Source: Acutalibacteraceae bacterium (GTDB taxonomy: Bacteria; Bacillota; Clostridia; Oscillospirales; Acutalibacteraceae). From it: a stretch of DNA of 64,000 nt. Numbering within the stretch: position 1 is the first letter of the stretch; every line of letters begins with the position of its first letter. Of the stretch, positions 13,001-18,505 are shown piece after piece. The notes under the pieces were generated by a model, which saw only the letters and a program-made list of their open reading frames with translations, was not told the origin of the DNA and did not search any database. A program made the position numbers and the translations under genes. The stretch is from positions 14,503 to 78,502 of the forward strand of contig JAZSBC010000152.1 in the NCBI GenBank assembly GCA_045602245.1, in the 5' to 3' direction.

Positions 13001-13954
13001 ACGTTCGGCGAAGATATCACCGCTCCTGCAGAGAAACCTGTAAGAGAAGGTTATGAATTCCTCGGCTGGGCAACTCCCGATGCTCCCGAAACACCCATCA
13101 CCGACTTCGGCAAGATGGATGCTGACGGTGCAGAGTTCGTAGCTGTTTGGGATAAGACTGATTTCTCAGTTACATTCTATGATTACAAGCCCGCAGAAGG
13201 CGGCCCCAATGCTCCCACAGAGAAGTATGTATATGCTTCATCAACACTTCAGATCGGCGATACAATAACCATTCCCGCTGATCCTTCATTCGACCACTAC
13301 GTATTCCTCGGCTGGTCAGAAACCGAAGGCGACAGAAATAACCTTATCACGTCAGAAGATACTCTCACAATGCCCGCAGGCAACTATACACTCTATGCTG
13401 TATATGAGAGAGTTAAGGTTATGCTTATTCCCAAGAACGATACATGCACCACAATCATCGACAGAGCAGGCGGCACAGTGGATGATTACACAGCCGACAG
13501 CCAGTGGTATGTATACGGCTTGAGAGAATACATTACATCAACAGATCTTCTTAAAGAGTTCATTGATGTATCAGGCGATGGCAGAATTGAGCTTATCTAT
13601 GTAAACGATGTTGTTAAGCCCTACACCGGCACAGGTACCGTAATTAACGTTTACGACAGACTCGGAACAGAAGAAACAAGCGATGATATCCTTGTTGAAT
13701 CATTCCATATCGTAATCTTCGGCGACGTTAACGGCGACTCAGTTGCACAGGCAATCGACGCTACTTACGTATTTGACGAAGCAGCAGGTCTTACAACGTG
13801 GAGCAACCCCTATGCTGATAATTATACTCACTACATTGTGAAGGCAGCTGATATCACAGGAGAAGGCTATATCGAATCAATCGACGGCAGCTATATCGGC
13901 GACCATACAATCGGTATTGTTATAATCGATCAGGTAACAGGCAGACTCAGCTAA
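4046..13954 (+). CDS. Giant secreted protein (3302 aa): signal peptide, 2 cohesin-like domains, ~33 InlB-B/Flg_new-like repeats, 5 MucBP-like modules, X-module and dockerin-like C-terminus
   Basis: RBS AAGGAGGA. Sec signal MKTMKRLVAIALAVLMLFGSVSVAASA. Duplicated ~200-aa domain (VK[Q/P]GE[E/K]VRAR...TNSGN..[F/L]FY[N/D]NDFF). Repeats counted by eye from F-x-G-W motifs. C-terminal loops GDVNGDSVAQAID and DITGEGYIESID. No LPXTG or SLH motif seen. Confidence 0.85.
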   Translation: MKTMKRLVAIALAVLMLFGSVSVAASAWDANVDDGKTLSITTKIFRLVNGEWTETEKVKQGEEVRARIYLNTDYYTNSGNLLFFYNNDFFTDSFGTTTETLTVNPYYAARPYGITGTFVGSKSSSTVEQFMVGNGKITADFASKHDFAYIAYEFYGGATNQKLSDSQWLFEIPLTVKTDAASGTGIGDFFAVEETTRSSSFKLGRINVPKGPYDGKNATITSMANWDATLDYESQPVTLYQNLVSASFDAGLGEFANAKTTYYVEGDAGDAITVEEPKRTNFKFAGWKVKGTDDSTAADVTVFPSASTEYEAVWESTTGSDETLTFITKIYRQDSETGEWIYTDRVKPGEKVRARLFMDTSYFTNSGNIILFYDNDFFEDDYEYNLKEELVPNTDPASSAYLNGVHGEFVKLESTNATVKKLVTNGYITQDDVDSSEIITVRYEFNPTTSKKVSGDQWFIEFELDVKDTASGEGEFYIIDKTIKNPNEGVFAYINIPLGEEGGAKEDTKSMHLWEVNASVKSYPVTINSTVTLQANGGEFAAADANNYVIEGVIGDAIDYASVPELTRDGYTFKGWVPADVADPTEADIVSLPTEIPYDDEAYKAFWTDDVEITFVLNNNESNINKTVTAGAPFEAPADPSFEGHLFIGWTTDPTCAKVTGLPDNYPTEDSTYYAVFDSMTYNVYYYVLNDETMKFEKVTTGHVTYGDVISTVPASYVVPEGYTLSAPYTDVSFENEFVAGTTMPAAEVNLYYYLTAGTYDAVFMVDGTEYARIPTVYDALVEAPEDPEKEGYVFTGWDPFVGTMDEEGKTYVATWEAAEYTVTWIVDGNVQDAFDVAYGQDVEVTADPVKEGYEFLGWSEDENATAAGTVLETMPANDLTYYAVFKINQYTISFSETGDSTIDDITQDYGTEIVAPADPVKEGYTFTGWVDADGNKAEVPATMPAEDVALKATWEINSYTVTWVLDNGEKDIVDTYEYNAAITAPAAPVKEGYTFKEWSPAVEANMPAMNLTYTAVYDVNSYDAIFDANGGKWADDSVSNTVTTEFGAQIVAPEDPTRTGYVFAGWDEEVGAMPVDGITFTAEWDEATNTPYTVKYYTMDTAGNYDLANPVVDNRTGTTNAEVTAVTNTTEGFFVDEAKSTLKSTIAADGSTVLEVYYARELYTVTFDANEGVLTGNATADYYYGATVAVPTAEREGYEFAGWDKNVSTVAVADADYVAQWDEKQYTIVFDADGGTAIDSVTADYLSDVNAPAAVTTKEGYTFGGWAETQGETDAAKAVTFPVKMPLDGDTYYAIWTPNKYTITFAETGDSVIAPITQDYKTDITKPADPVKEGYTFDGWDVTIPDTMPAEDMTITAQWKVNSYDITWDVDGVDTTENVEFGSELVAPADPEKPGYTFTGWEDADGKTPDDYVTVPSKDVEFSAQWDANEYTISFAETGETVIDPITQDCDTAITTAVPTPVKTGYTFAGWVDEDGNPATVPATMPAGDMTLTATWDPNADTPFKVVINYVDFATNADSTEEYDFTGTTDNAIEIVEAIPGEPADKTEYLELGNFTLANYELDTEAANEFTGVVAADGSTVLNLYFVPVKRTATFDANGGAWDDGEITKAVEVSHGSLVKPAAPADPTREGYTFNGWNGLNDNTKLTQNRTFTAAWVANEYTITYDIDGVTSTETYEYNALINKPVDPAKEGYSFAGWEPVIPDNMPAEDITVTATWSVNSYDVTWNVDGTETTESVEYGAAVETPADPAKEGYTFAGWKDAEGNGVPATMPATDKTFTAQWAVNAYTVSYYVYEPATGKFTAAGTETVEYGTAIPATVPATYVVPTGYSLNATAYTDVALSTALAAGATMPAENVALYYELTANKYDAVFMVDGEEHATVETEFGAQIAAPADPTMDGYTFTGWSPEVGKMDEEGKTFVAQWEEKTYNANFKANGGLFADGETTTVVPTKFGAAIVAPAAPTRDGYTFAGWDTVPATMPADDVTIVAKWTVNEYTITFADTGDTTIAPIKQAYGTPVTAPAAPTKTGYTFAGWDAMPSTMPAKDTTVTAKWTKNNYTVTWNVDGVKNTEVYEYGAAIVKPADPAKEGHTFKAWTPAVDATMPAYNVEYTATWNVVSYKATFDANGGTYADGTTSKEATFAYGAAVTAPEIPTQTGYSFAGWEPVLSTMPAADTTYKAVWSIGEEKAYTIEVYSMDTAGNYGAPAVETKTAAVGEVVKATPTPTEGFYLDTTAANVLEDVIKADSATVLKIYYARNEYTITFNGNGGTVDGEVTTTDKYYHGATVVEPLTEREGYTLKGWSPALSIVAVADATYDAQWEINEYTISFDTDGGSLILPITQDFGTDITAPAVPTKEGYVFEGWVDADGNDASVPATMPAEDVALKAVWAKDKFTVTFYETEEDGAAVLQQTENEYQLNIVPPVATRTGYDFAGWVDKDGNAVDFDNTTVITPAHDVDYFATWNVKSYALNYQANGGQFDDGTNRKSYNVAFGTASDEMDVPADPTRDGYTFTGWNIDLPATMPATPVNRVAQWQINTYNAVFYKETTDTDAYDTVPVVFEEAITAPDENPTKTGYVFEGWSTDGETVVDDLGYIGAEDVAFYAVWSEATDTAYTVEHYYMGVDMTYADAADRTDSFTGTTNATVTATPDAADNFTVDTAMSVLEGTVAADGSLVLKVYYEREINTLKVEIDGVATETEYPFEAPVAPIEEPTKEGYTFDKWVDENGNEVTPPATMPEDDVTIKATWTVNVHNVTYNADGAVYDGPTATDFGAAIAVPADPTKDGYTFAGWFDADGKQPADYTSMPDNDLVFDAKWDANGNVSYILEVYEMKVDGTYADAATETITYNDGVVDTVKTVDYAVPEGFTLDDAASVLTGTVPTTGTLVLKAYLIRNQYKLNVDVDGVVDTTVYYYNQKVNAVADPVKEGYVFAGWADANGDAVEIPVVMPANDVTVYATWDEDSFTASFDAGEGIFTTTGENVEEIEVTFGEDITAPAEKPVREGYEFLGWATPDAPETPITDFGKMDADGAEFVAVWDKTDFSVTFYDYKPAEGGPNAPTEKYVYASSTLQIGDTITIPADPSFDHYVFLGWSETEGDRNNLITSEDTLTMPAGNYTLYAVYERVKVMLIPKNDTCTTIIDRAGGTVDDYTADSQWYVYGLREYITSTDLLKEFIDVSGDGRIELIYVNDVVKPYTGTGTVINVYDRLGTEETSDDILVESFHIVIFGDVNGDSVAQAIDATYVFDEAAGLTTWSNPYADNYTHYIVKAADITGEGYIESIDGSYIGDHTIGIVIIDQVTGRLS

Positions 13955-13958
13955 TTTA

Positions 13959-13991
13959 AAAAGGCCCCTCAGCGAAAGCTGAGGGGCTTTT
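13959..13991 (+). terminator. Rho-independent terminator of the giant-protein operon
   Basis: AAGGCCCCTCAGC-GAAA-GCTGAGGGGCTTTT immediately after the stop codon. Confidence 0.9.
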
Positions 13992-14034
13992 GACATACGG
14001 TAATCAGGCTTAAAAAATTGTTGTAAGCATTGCT

Positions 14035-14360
14035 CTGTAAAGTCAGTTCACTTTACAAAAGTTGTAAAAATTTGCAGGATTTTTGTCGCAATCCTGCAAG
14101 AGTTATTCACTGTATTATGCAGTATATACTGCATAAAATTATTCTGAAAAAGCATTAAAGCGGATTGTAAAGTGGAAAACTTTACCGTTTTAATGCTGTT
14201 TTGAGAATTAAAACGTGGGTTTTCCACATTCTCCACTGAGTTTTCCACATCTGCAAGAAAATCACTTTACAAACGAAATTTGTAAAGTGATTTTGCTTTA
14301 CTGCATATATTCATGCATATTAAAATGTATATGCAAAAGCGGTGAAAAATAACTTGCAGG
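14035..14360. repeat. Palindrome-rich non-coding element with DnaA-box-like 9-mers
   Basis: Perfect 22-bp palindrome at 14115-14136. 16-bp stem at 14258-14294. Long hairpin at 14141-14208. TTGTAAAGTG occurs 4 times (two per strand). TTTTCCACA at 14220 and 14241. Confidence 0.65.
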
Positions 14361-14379
14361 AATGCCGTCAAAACGGTGT

Positions 14380-15501
14380 TTAAACCACTCTTTTGCCTTT
14401 TATAAACACAGCTTTTATCTCCTTGAAATCTTTGGATAAAATAAGCAGATCGGCGTTCTTTCCAACCTCAATGCTGCCGGTAATTTTATCCGCTCCTATA
14501 GCCTTTGCAGGGTTAATTGTGACAGATTTTATCGCTTGTTTAACGGGAATACCAAAAGAGAGAAGATTGTGAAATTCTTCAAAAAGATTTGTTGCACTGC
14601 CTGCGAGAGTGCCGTCGGGAAGGCGGGCGGCATCAGTTTTTATAACACGCTGTCCGCCGAGGGTGTATTCGCCCTCGTCAAGCCCGGCCGCCATCATGGC
14701 ATCGCTTATAACGACAGTTCTGTTTTCGCCCAAAGCTCTGAACGTTATTCGGAGTGTAGCGGGGCAGATATGAATGCCGTCACATATCAGCTCTGCGGTT
14801 ACGCTGTCGCTGTCAAGCACTGCACCGACCATACCTGCTTCTCTCGACGTAAGTCCGTTCATTGCATTATAAAGATGGGTTGCGTGAGTTATGCCGAGCG
14901 ATATTGCTCTCTTGCCTTGCTCATAGTCAGCGGTTGTGTGGGCGGCGGAAACGGTGCATATATTCTTTACCTTGCCTATAAATTCATCTGCACCTTTCTG
15001 CTCGGGTGCAATATCAACAAGTCTGATGGGGCAGATACCGTTGAGCTGCTCAAAAACGTCTGCGTCAGGCTCAAGTATGTGTGCCGCATCCTGAGCGCCT
15101 TTTTTTGCAGGGGCGATAAACGGGCCTTCCATATTTATACCGTGAATGTAAGCACCCTCTTCGCTGCCCATAGTATCCGCAATGTAGCCGAAGCATTTTT
15201 TCAGGGTTTCAACGGGCAGGGTCATTGTTGTGGGGCAGAAGGACGTTATTCCCTTTGTTGCGAGCCACTTGCTCATTTTTGCAGCGGAATCGGGGTTGCC
15301 GTCTGTAGCATCTGCCATATTGCAGCCGTGAATATGAATATCAATAAATCCGGGCAGAACAACACAGCCCGAGCAGTCTGTTCCTTCGGCGTCTGTTTTG
15401 TCAAGCGACTTTATTATTCCGTTTTCAATTTCAATGTCTGTTAAGCAGGGGACAAAGTCCTTGCCGTAAACTTCTGCGTTTTTTATTATCACGGGAATCA
15501 C
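14380..15501 (-). CDS. nagA: N-acetylglucosamine-6-phosphate deacetylase
   Basis: PGFIDIHIHG, EGPF, THLYNAM, DGIH, SDAM and LAGS motifs. Confidence 0.93.
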   Translation of the reverse strand: MIPVIIKNAEVYGKDFVPCLTDIEIENGIIKSLDKTDAEGTDCSGCVVLPGFIDIHIHGCNMADATDGNPDSAAKMSKWLATKGITSFCPTTMTLPVETLKKCFGYIADTMGSEEGAYIHGINMEGPFIAPAKKGAQDAAHILEPDADVFEQLNGICPIRLVDIAPEQKGADEFIGKVKNICTVSAAHTTADYEQGKRAISLGITHATHLYNAMNGLTSREAGMVGAVLDSDSVTAELICDGIHICPATLRITFRALGENRTVVISDAMMAAGLDEGEYTLGGQRVIKTDAARLPDGTLAGSATNLFEEFHNLLSFGIPVKQAIKSVTINPAKAIGADKITGSIEVGKNADLLILSKDFKEIKAVFIKGKRVV

Positions 15502-15545
15502 CTCTCAATGATTTTACCACATATTTAAGCTTGTGTCAAAAAAAT

Positions 15546-15844
15546 AAAGCAGCCTGCATAAGCAAGCTGCTTTCAGCTTGTCGAAAACTTGTTTTCGGCA
15601 AGGTGGGGCTGTTGAGAAAGGAAGCTGAATGGCGTTTTCTTCGACCGAAGGCGTACAAAGGTACTCCGATGGGAGAAAAAACGTCAAGTAAACGAAAATG
15701 TTTTGTGTATTGATAAACACATATTTTAATGTATCTGACGGTACATTCGGGTCGTCGGGTCACCGACCCCTACAGATTATTTCGTTTATGTTTCAGCGAC
15801 TTTATCGACAGTCAAAAAAGCAGCCTGCATAAGCAAGCTGCTTT
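15546..15844. mobile_element. MITE-like insertion flanked by a 28-bp direct duplication of a terminator hairpin
   Basis: AAAGCAGCCTGCATAAGCAAGCTGCTTT is identical at 15546-15573 and 15817-15844. The ~240-bp insert has imperfect inverted ends with the core TGTCGA(A/T)AA and no credible ORF. Confidence 0.55.
15748..15773 (-). repeat. GTAG-type REP-like hairpin
   Basis: The minus strand reads GTAG-GGGTCG-GTGACCCGA-CGACCC-G: a GTAG foot followed by a GC-rich hairpin. Confidence 0.5.
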
Positions 15845-15846
15845 TT
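15817..15846 (-). terminator. acpP terminator (bidirectional-type hairpin)
   Basis: AAAGCAGC...GCTGCTTT stem with A/T tracts on both sides, 15 nt after the acpP stop. Confidence 0.75.
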
Positions 15847-15859
15847 ATCATTAATATAC

Positions 15860-16087
15860 TCAGATTTTTTCTTCAATGTAAGCTGCAAGATCGCCAACAG
15901 TCTTGATTTTATCAAGAGCTTCGTCTGAAAGTTCAATATCGAATTCGTCTTCGATTGACATTGCAAGGTCAACAAGGTCAAGGCTGTCTGCACCGAGGTC
16001 ACCTGTGATTGTTGAGCTTTCTGAGATGATGCTCTGATCAACTTCGAGCTGTTCGCTGATGATTTTTTTTACCTTTTCAAATACCAT
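15860..16087 (-). CDS. acpP: Acyl carrier protein
   Basis: 75 aa acidic protein with the DLGADSLD phosphopantetheine site; RBS AAGGAG. Confidence 0.96.
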   Translation of the reverse strand: MVFEKVKKIISEQLEVDQSIISESSTITGDLGADSLDLVDLAMSIEDEFDIELSDEALDKIKTVGDLAAYIEEKI

Positions 16088-16195
16088 TTCTGTTTCTCCT
16101 TTAAATTGTTGTTATGTTTCCCCCCGGAAACTACAGTATACATAATATAAAAATCAAGCACGATTTGTCAATAGCCAAAATCCAAAAAAAGATTG

Positions 16196-16224
16196 GAATA
16201 TCCAACGAAGTTTTACCGATAATA
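16196..16224 (+). promoter_or_regulatory. Candidate forespore (sigma-G/F-type) promoter of spoVAE
   Basis: GAATA-17 bp-GATAATA resembles the sigG consensus GHATA...CATAATA. Confidence 0.4.
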
Positions 16225-16238
16225 AACAAAAAGGAACG

Positions 16239-16610
16239 GTGAATATGGATATTGCTTACAGTTTATTAAAGGCGTTTGCCGTTGGCGGATTAATCTGCCT
16301 TGCGGGACAGATTCTGATTGACACAACCAAGCTTACTCCCGGTCGAATTCTTGTTGCGTTCGTTGTAGCCGGCGTTGTGCTGACCGCGGCGGGGCTTTAT
16401 GAGCCGCTTGTCAACTGGGCAGGTGCGGGGGCGACAGTGCCGCTCACGGGATTCGGTTACACGATGGCAAAAGGCGTTGAAAATATGATTGCCCAACAGG
16501 GGGTAAGAGGAATTCTGACCGGAGGGCTGACCGCTTCATCTGCTGGTGTTACGGCGGCCGTCATCTGCGGTATAATCGCTTCTTTTCTGGCAAAGCCAAA
16601 AGAAAAATAA
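16239..16610 (+). CDS. spoVAE: Stage V sporulation protein AE (SpoVAC/SpoVAEb family)
   Basis: AFAVGGLICLAGQILID and GAGATVPLTGFG motifs typical of the family. Confidence 0.9.
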   Translation: MNMDIAYSLLKAFAVGGLICLAGQILIDTTKLTPGRILVAFVVAGVVLTAAGLYEPLVNWAGAGATVPLTGFGYTMAKGVENMIAQQGVRGILTGGLTASSAGVTAAVICGIIASFLAKPKEK

Positions 16611-16682
16611 TACCCATAGAATAATAATATGGATTTTCAAAGCTATGTCAACAAAAAACGGTATTAATTAATAAATTCTTAG

Positions 16683-16715
16683 AAAAAACCCCTCCGTCTT
16701 TATCGACGAAGGGGT
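16683..16715 (-). terminator. Terminator of the small membrane protein gene
   Basis: ACCCCT-C-CGTC...GACG-A-AGGGGT hairpin with A6 on the + strand, which is a U-tract on the - strand. Confidence 0.7.
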
Positions 16716-16731
16716 GAATTTCCTGAAAAAA

Positions 16732-16887
16732 TTATTCAGCTTCGCAGCATGAGCATGAAACGTAGTTTTCTTCGCAATCAGCAGCGGCAGCCTTCTTCTC
16801 CTTGATCTTTTTAACCAAGAAATAGATGCCAACGCCTACGCCTGCAACCGCAACGATGATGCCGATGATTTTGAGTGCCTTTTTCAT
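16732..16887 (-). CDS. Small single-pass membrane protein (51 aa) with Cys-rich acidic tail
   Basis: RBS GGAGGT 8 nt before the ATG at 16887. One TM helix, a Lys cluster and the tail DCEENYVSCSCCEAE. Has its own promoter and terminator. Confidence 0.8.
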   Translation of the reverse strand: MKKALKIIGIIVAVAGVGVGIYFLVKKIKEKKAAAADCEENYVSCSCCEAE

Positions 16888-16921
16888 TTCTACTACCTCC
16901 AGGTAAATTTTAGTCAAGTTT

Positions 16922-16950
16922 ATTATATATCACGAATCAATATTTGTCAA
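16922..16950 (-). promoter_or_regulatory. Perfect sigma-A consensus promoter for the small membrane protein
   Basis: TTGACA-17 bp-TATAAT on the minus strand. Confidence 0.8.
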
Positions 16951-16960
16951 TAATTTAATA

Positions 16961-16991
16961 ACCGTAGTTATAAAAAATTTACAACTACGGT
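16961..16991 (-). terminator. rpsT terminator-like hairpin
   Basis: ACCGTAGTT...AACTACGGT stem downstream of rpsT. Confidence 0.6.
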
Positions 16992-17020
16992 CATTTCTAC
17001 TATTTTCTGTTTTCAGCAGC

Positions 17021-17272
17021 TTATTTTATAAGCTGAGCAAGAGCTGATTTCTTGTGTGCAGCGTTGTTCTTGTGGATAAGACCCTTAGCAGCAGCCTGAT
17101 CAACCTTCTTGATAGCTTCTCTTACGATTGCGTTAGCTTCGGGTGAGTTAGCTTCAACGGCTGCGTGAGCCTTTTTGATAGCTGTTTTGAGTGCTGTGTT
17201 GCGTGACTTGTTTCTTGCAGCTCTGGTCTTGTTAACGATAACTCTTTTCTTAGCTGACTTAATATTGGGCAT
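17021..17272 (-). CDS. rpsT: 30S ribosomal protein S20
   Basis: MPNIKSAKKRV...KGLIHKNNAAHKKS; RBS GGAGGT before the ATG at 17272. Confidence 0.97.
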   Translation of the reverse strand: MPNIKSAKKRVIVNKTRAARNKSRNTALKTAIKKAHAAVEANSPEANAIVREAIKKVDQAAAKGLIHKNNAAHKKSALAQLIK

Positions 17273-17302
17273 AGTGGCACCTCCTTCTTCATACAGGTGA
17301 AT

Positions 17303-17331
17303 ATGATAGCACATTTTTTTGCTGATTGCAA
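17303..17331 (-). promoter_or_regulatory. Sigma-A promoter of rpsT
   Basis: TTGCAA-17 bp-TATCAT with TG at the extended -10 position. Confidence 0.6.
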
Positions 17332-17411
17332 GGTTTTTTTGAAAAATCTTTTAAACTTTTGCAATTAATAATACTAAATATTCGAAAAAAAATCAAGAGG
17401 TAATTTTAAAA

Positions 17412-18284
17412 ATGAATTTCAGAACCGATCTTGCGCTGGAAAGATGCGAATTTTTAAACAAAAAAACGATTGACGGAATAGAAATGAGCACCTTCAATGC
17501 ACACGAAACCAAAGTAACAAGAATCGACGTAACGAACGAGTCGGGTGCCGAAACGGTCGGCAAACCGATAGGCAGATACGTTACCGTTGAGGTGAAACCC
17601 TTTGCGAAATATGCGCAGTTTATTGATGACGGCTTTTTTGTGCTTAAAGAAGAAATAGGACGTATTATTCCTGCAAACGGCTCGGTGCTTGTGGCGGGAC
17701 TGGGCAATATCCGCATAACTCCCGATGCACTCGGTCCGAAGTGCGCATCAATGATTTTTGCAACGCGCCACATAACGGGCGAGCTTCTGAAAGAAACGGG
17801 GCTTTCGGGACTGAGAAGCGTAACGGCGTTTTCAACCGGAGTGCTTGGAGAAACCGGCGCGGAGGCGGCAGAAATAATAAAGGGGATTGTTAGGGCAACA
17901 ACCCCCGATTTCGTGATTACAGTTGATGCGCTTGCCGCACGCAACGTGAGCAGACTCGGCACAACGGTGCAGATGTGCAACACGGGTATTGTGCCCGGGT
18001 CTGGGGTCGGCAATGCAAGGCAGGAGATAAGCGAGAAAACAATCGGCGTACCCGTTATTTCTATCGGCGTACCTACCGTTGTTGATGCTGCAACACTGAT
18101 TCTCGATTATCTGGGAGATTATGAAAACGAAGATTTGCTTTATAAACAGGCGGGCACAATGACCGTTACACCGCGTGAAGTTGACCTGATGATAGAAAGG
18201 GCATCAAAGCTGACGGCGCTTGCAATAAACTGTGCGTTGCAGCCTGATATCACCCCTGAAGATATGCTGATGCTGACAAGCTGA
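17412..18284 (+). CDS. gpr: Germination protease (GPR endopeptidase)
   Basis: RTDLALE, GLGNIRITPDALGP, DALAAR, PGSGVGN and IGVPTVVDA motifs; conserved divergent position next to rpsT. Confidence 0.95.
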   Translation: MNFRTDLALERCEFLNKKTIDGIEMSTFNAHETKVTRIDVTNESGAETVGKPIGRYVTVEVKPFAKYAQFIDDGFFVLKEEIGRIIPANGSVLVAGLGNIRITPDALGPKCASMIFATRHITGELLKETGLSGLRSVTAFSTGVLGETGAEAAEIIKGIVRATTPDFVITVDALAARNVSRLGTTVQMCNTGIVPGSGVGNARQEISEKTIGVPVISIGVPTVVDAATLILDYLGDYENEDLLYKQAGTMTVTPREVDLMIERASKLTALAINCALQPDITPEDMLMLTS

Positions 18285-18290
18285 AAAACC

Positions 18291-18321
18291 GCCGTTTTGC
18301 AACCTGCAAAGCGGCTTTTTC
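18291..18321 (+). terminator. gpr terminator
   Basis: GCCGTTTTGCA-ACC-TGCAAAGCGGC-TTTTTT. Confidence 0.85.
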
Positions 18322-18415
18322 AATATGTTGTGTACCGAAAGATTTCTTACACAAGACGGCTTCGAAAAAAGTCAAAAAAAGTTTGAAAAAGTCTGATTTT
18401 TTTACCAAAAAAGAC

Positions 18416-18479
18416 TTGTATTTCTCGTAAAGACAATATATAATAGGGAGGACAAGGGAAGTTAAGGATTGTTTTGGGA
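18416..18479 (+). promoter_or_regulatory. dcw promoter with putative MraZ-binding repeats
   Basis: TTGTAT-17 bp-TATAAT (18416-18444), then AGGGA/AGGGA/AGGAT/TGGGA at exact 10-bp spacing (18445, 18455, 18465, 18475). Confidence 0.65.
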
Positions 18480-18505
18480 AGTTTTTCGGAAAGGGGGAGG
18501 AATAA

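Noticed and set aside
4046-13954. CRISPR array or DGR within the repetitive region
   Set aside because: The repeats are in-frame, degenerate protein modules. There is no constant repeat-spacer pattern, no cas or reverse transcriptase gene, and no adenine-specific TR/VR pair was noticed.
14048-14248. 66-aa ORF MENSVENVEN...
   Set aside because: The VEN repeats are translations of TGTGGAAAA DnaA-like boxes; no RBS.
14035-14360. oriC or dif site
   Set aside because: No dnaA/dnaN nearby and no switch in dominant gene orientation. The palindrome arms are inverted relative to the dif consensus.
14536-15444. 302-aa ORF opposite nagA (likewise 29062-29937 and 53576-54460)
   Set aside because: Fully overlaps well-supported genes and has no recognisable protein features.
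15514-15763. Short ORFs in the nagA-acpP intergenic region as transposase remnants
   Set aside because: No DDE or HUH motifs; better explained as a non-coding insert.
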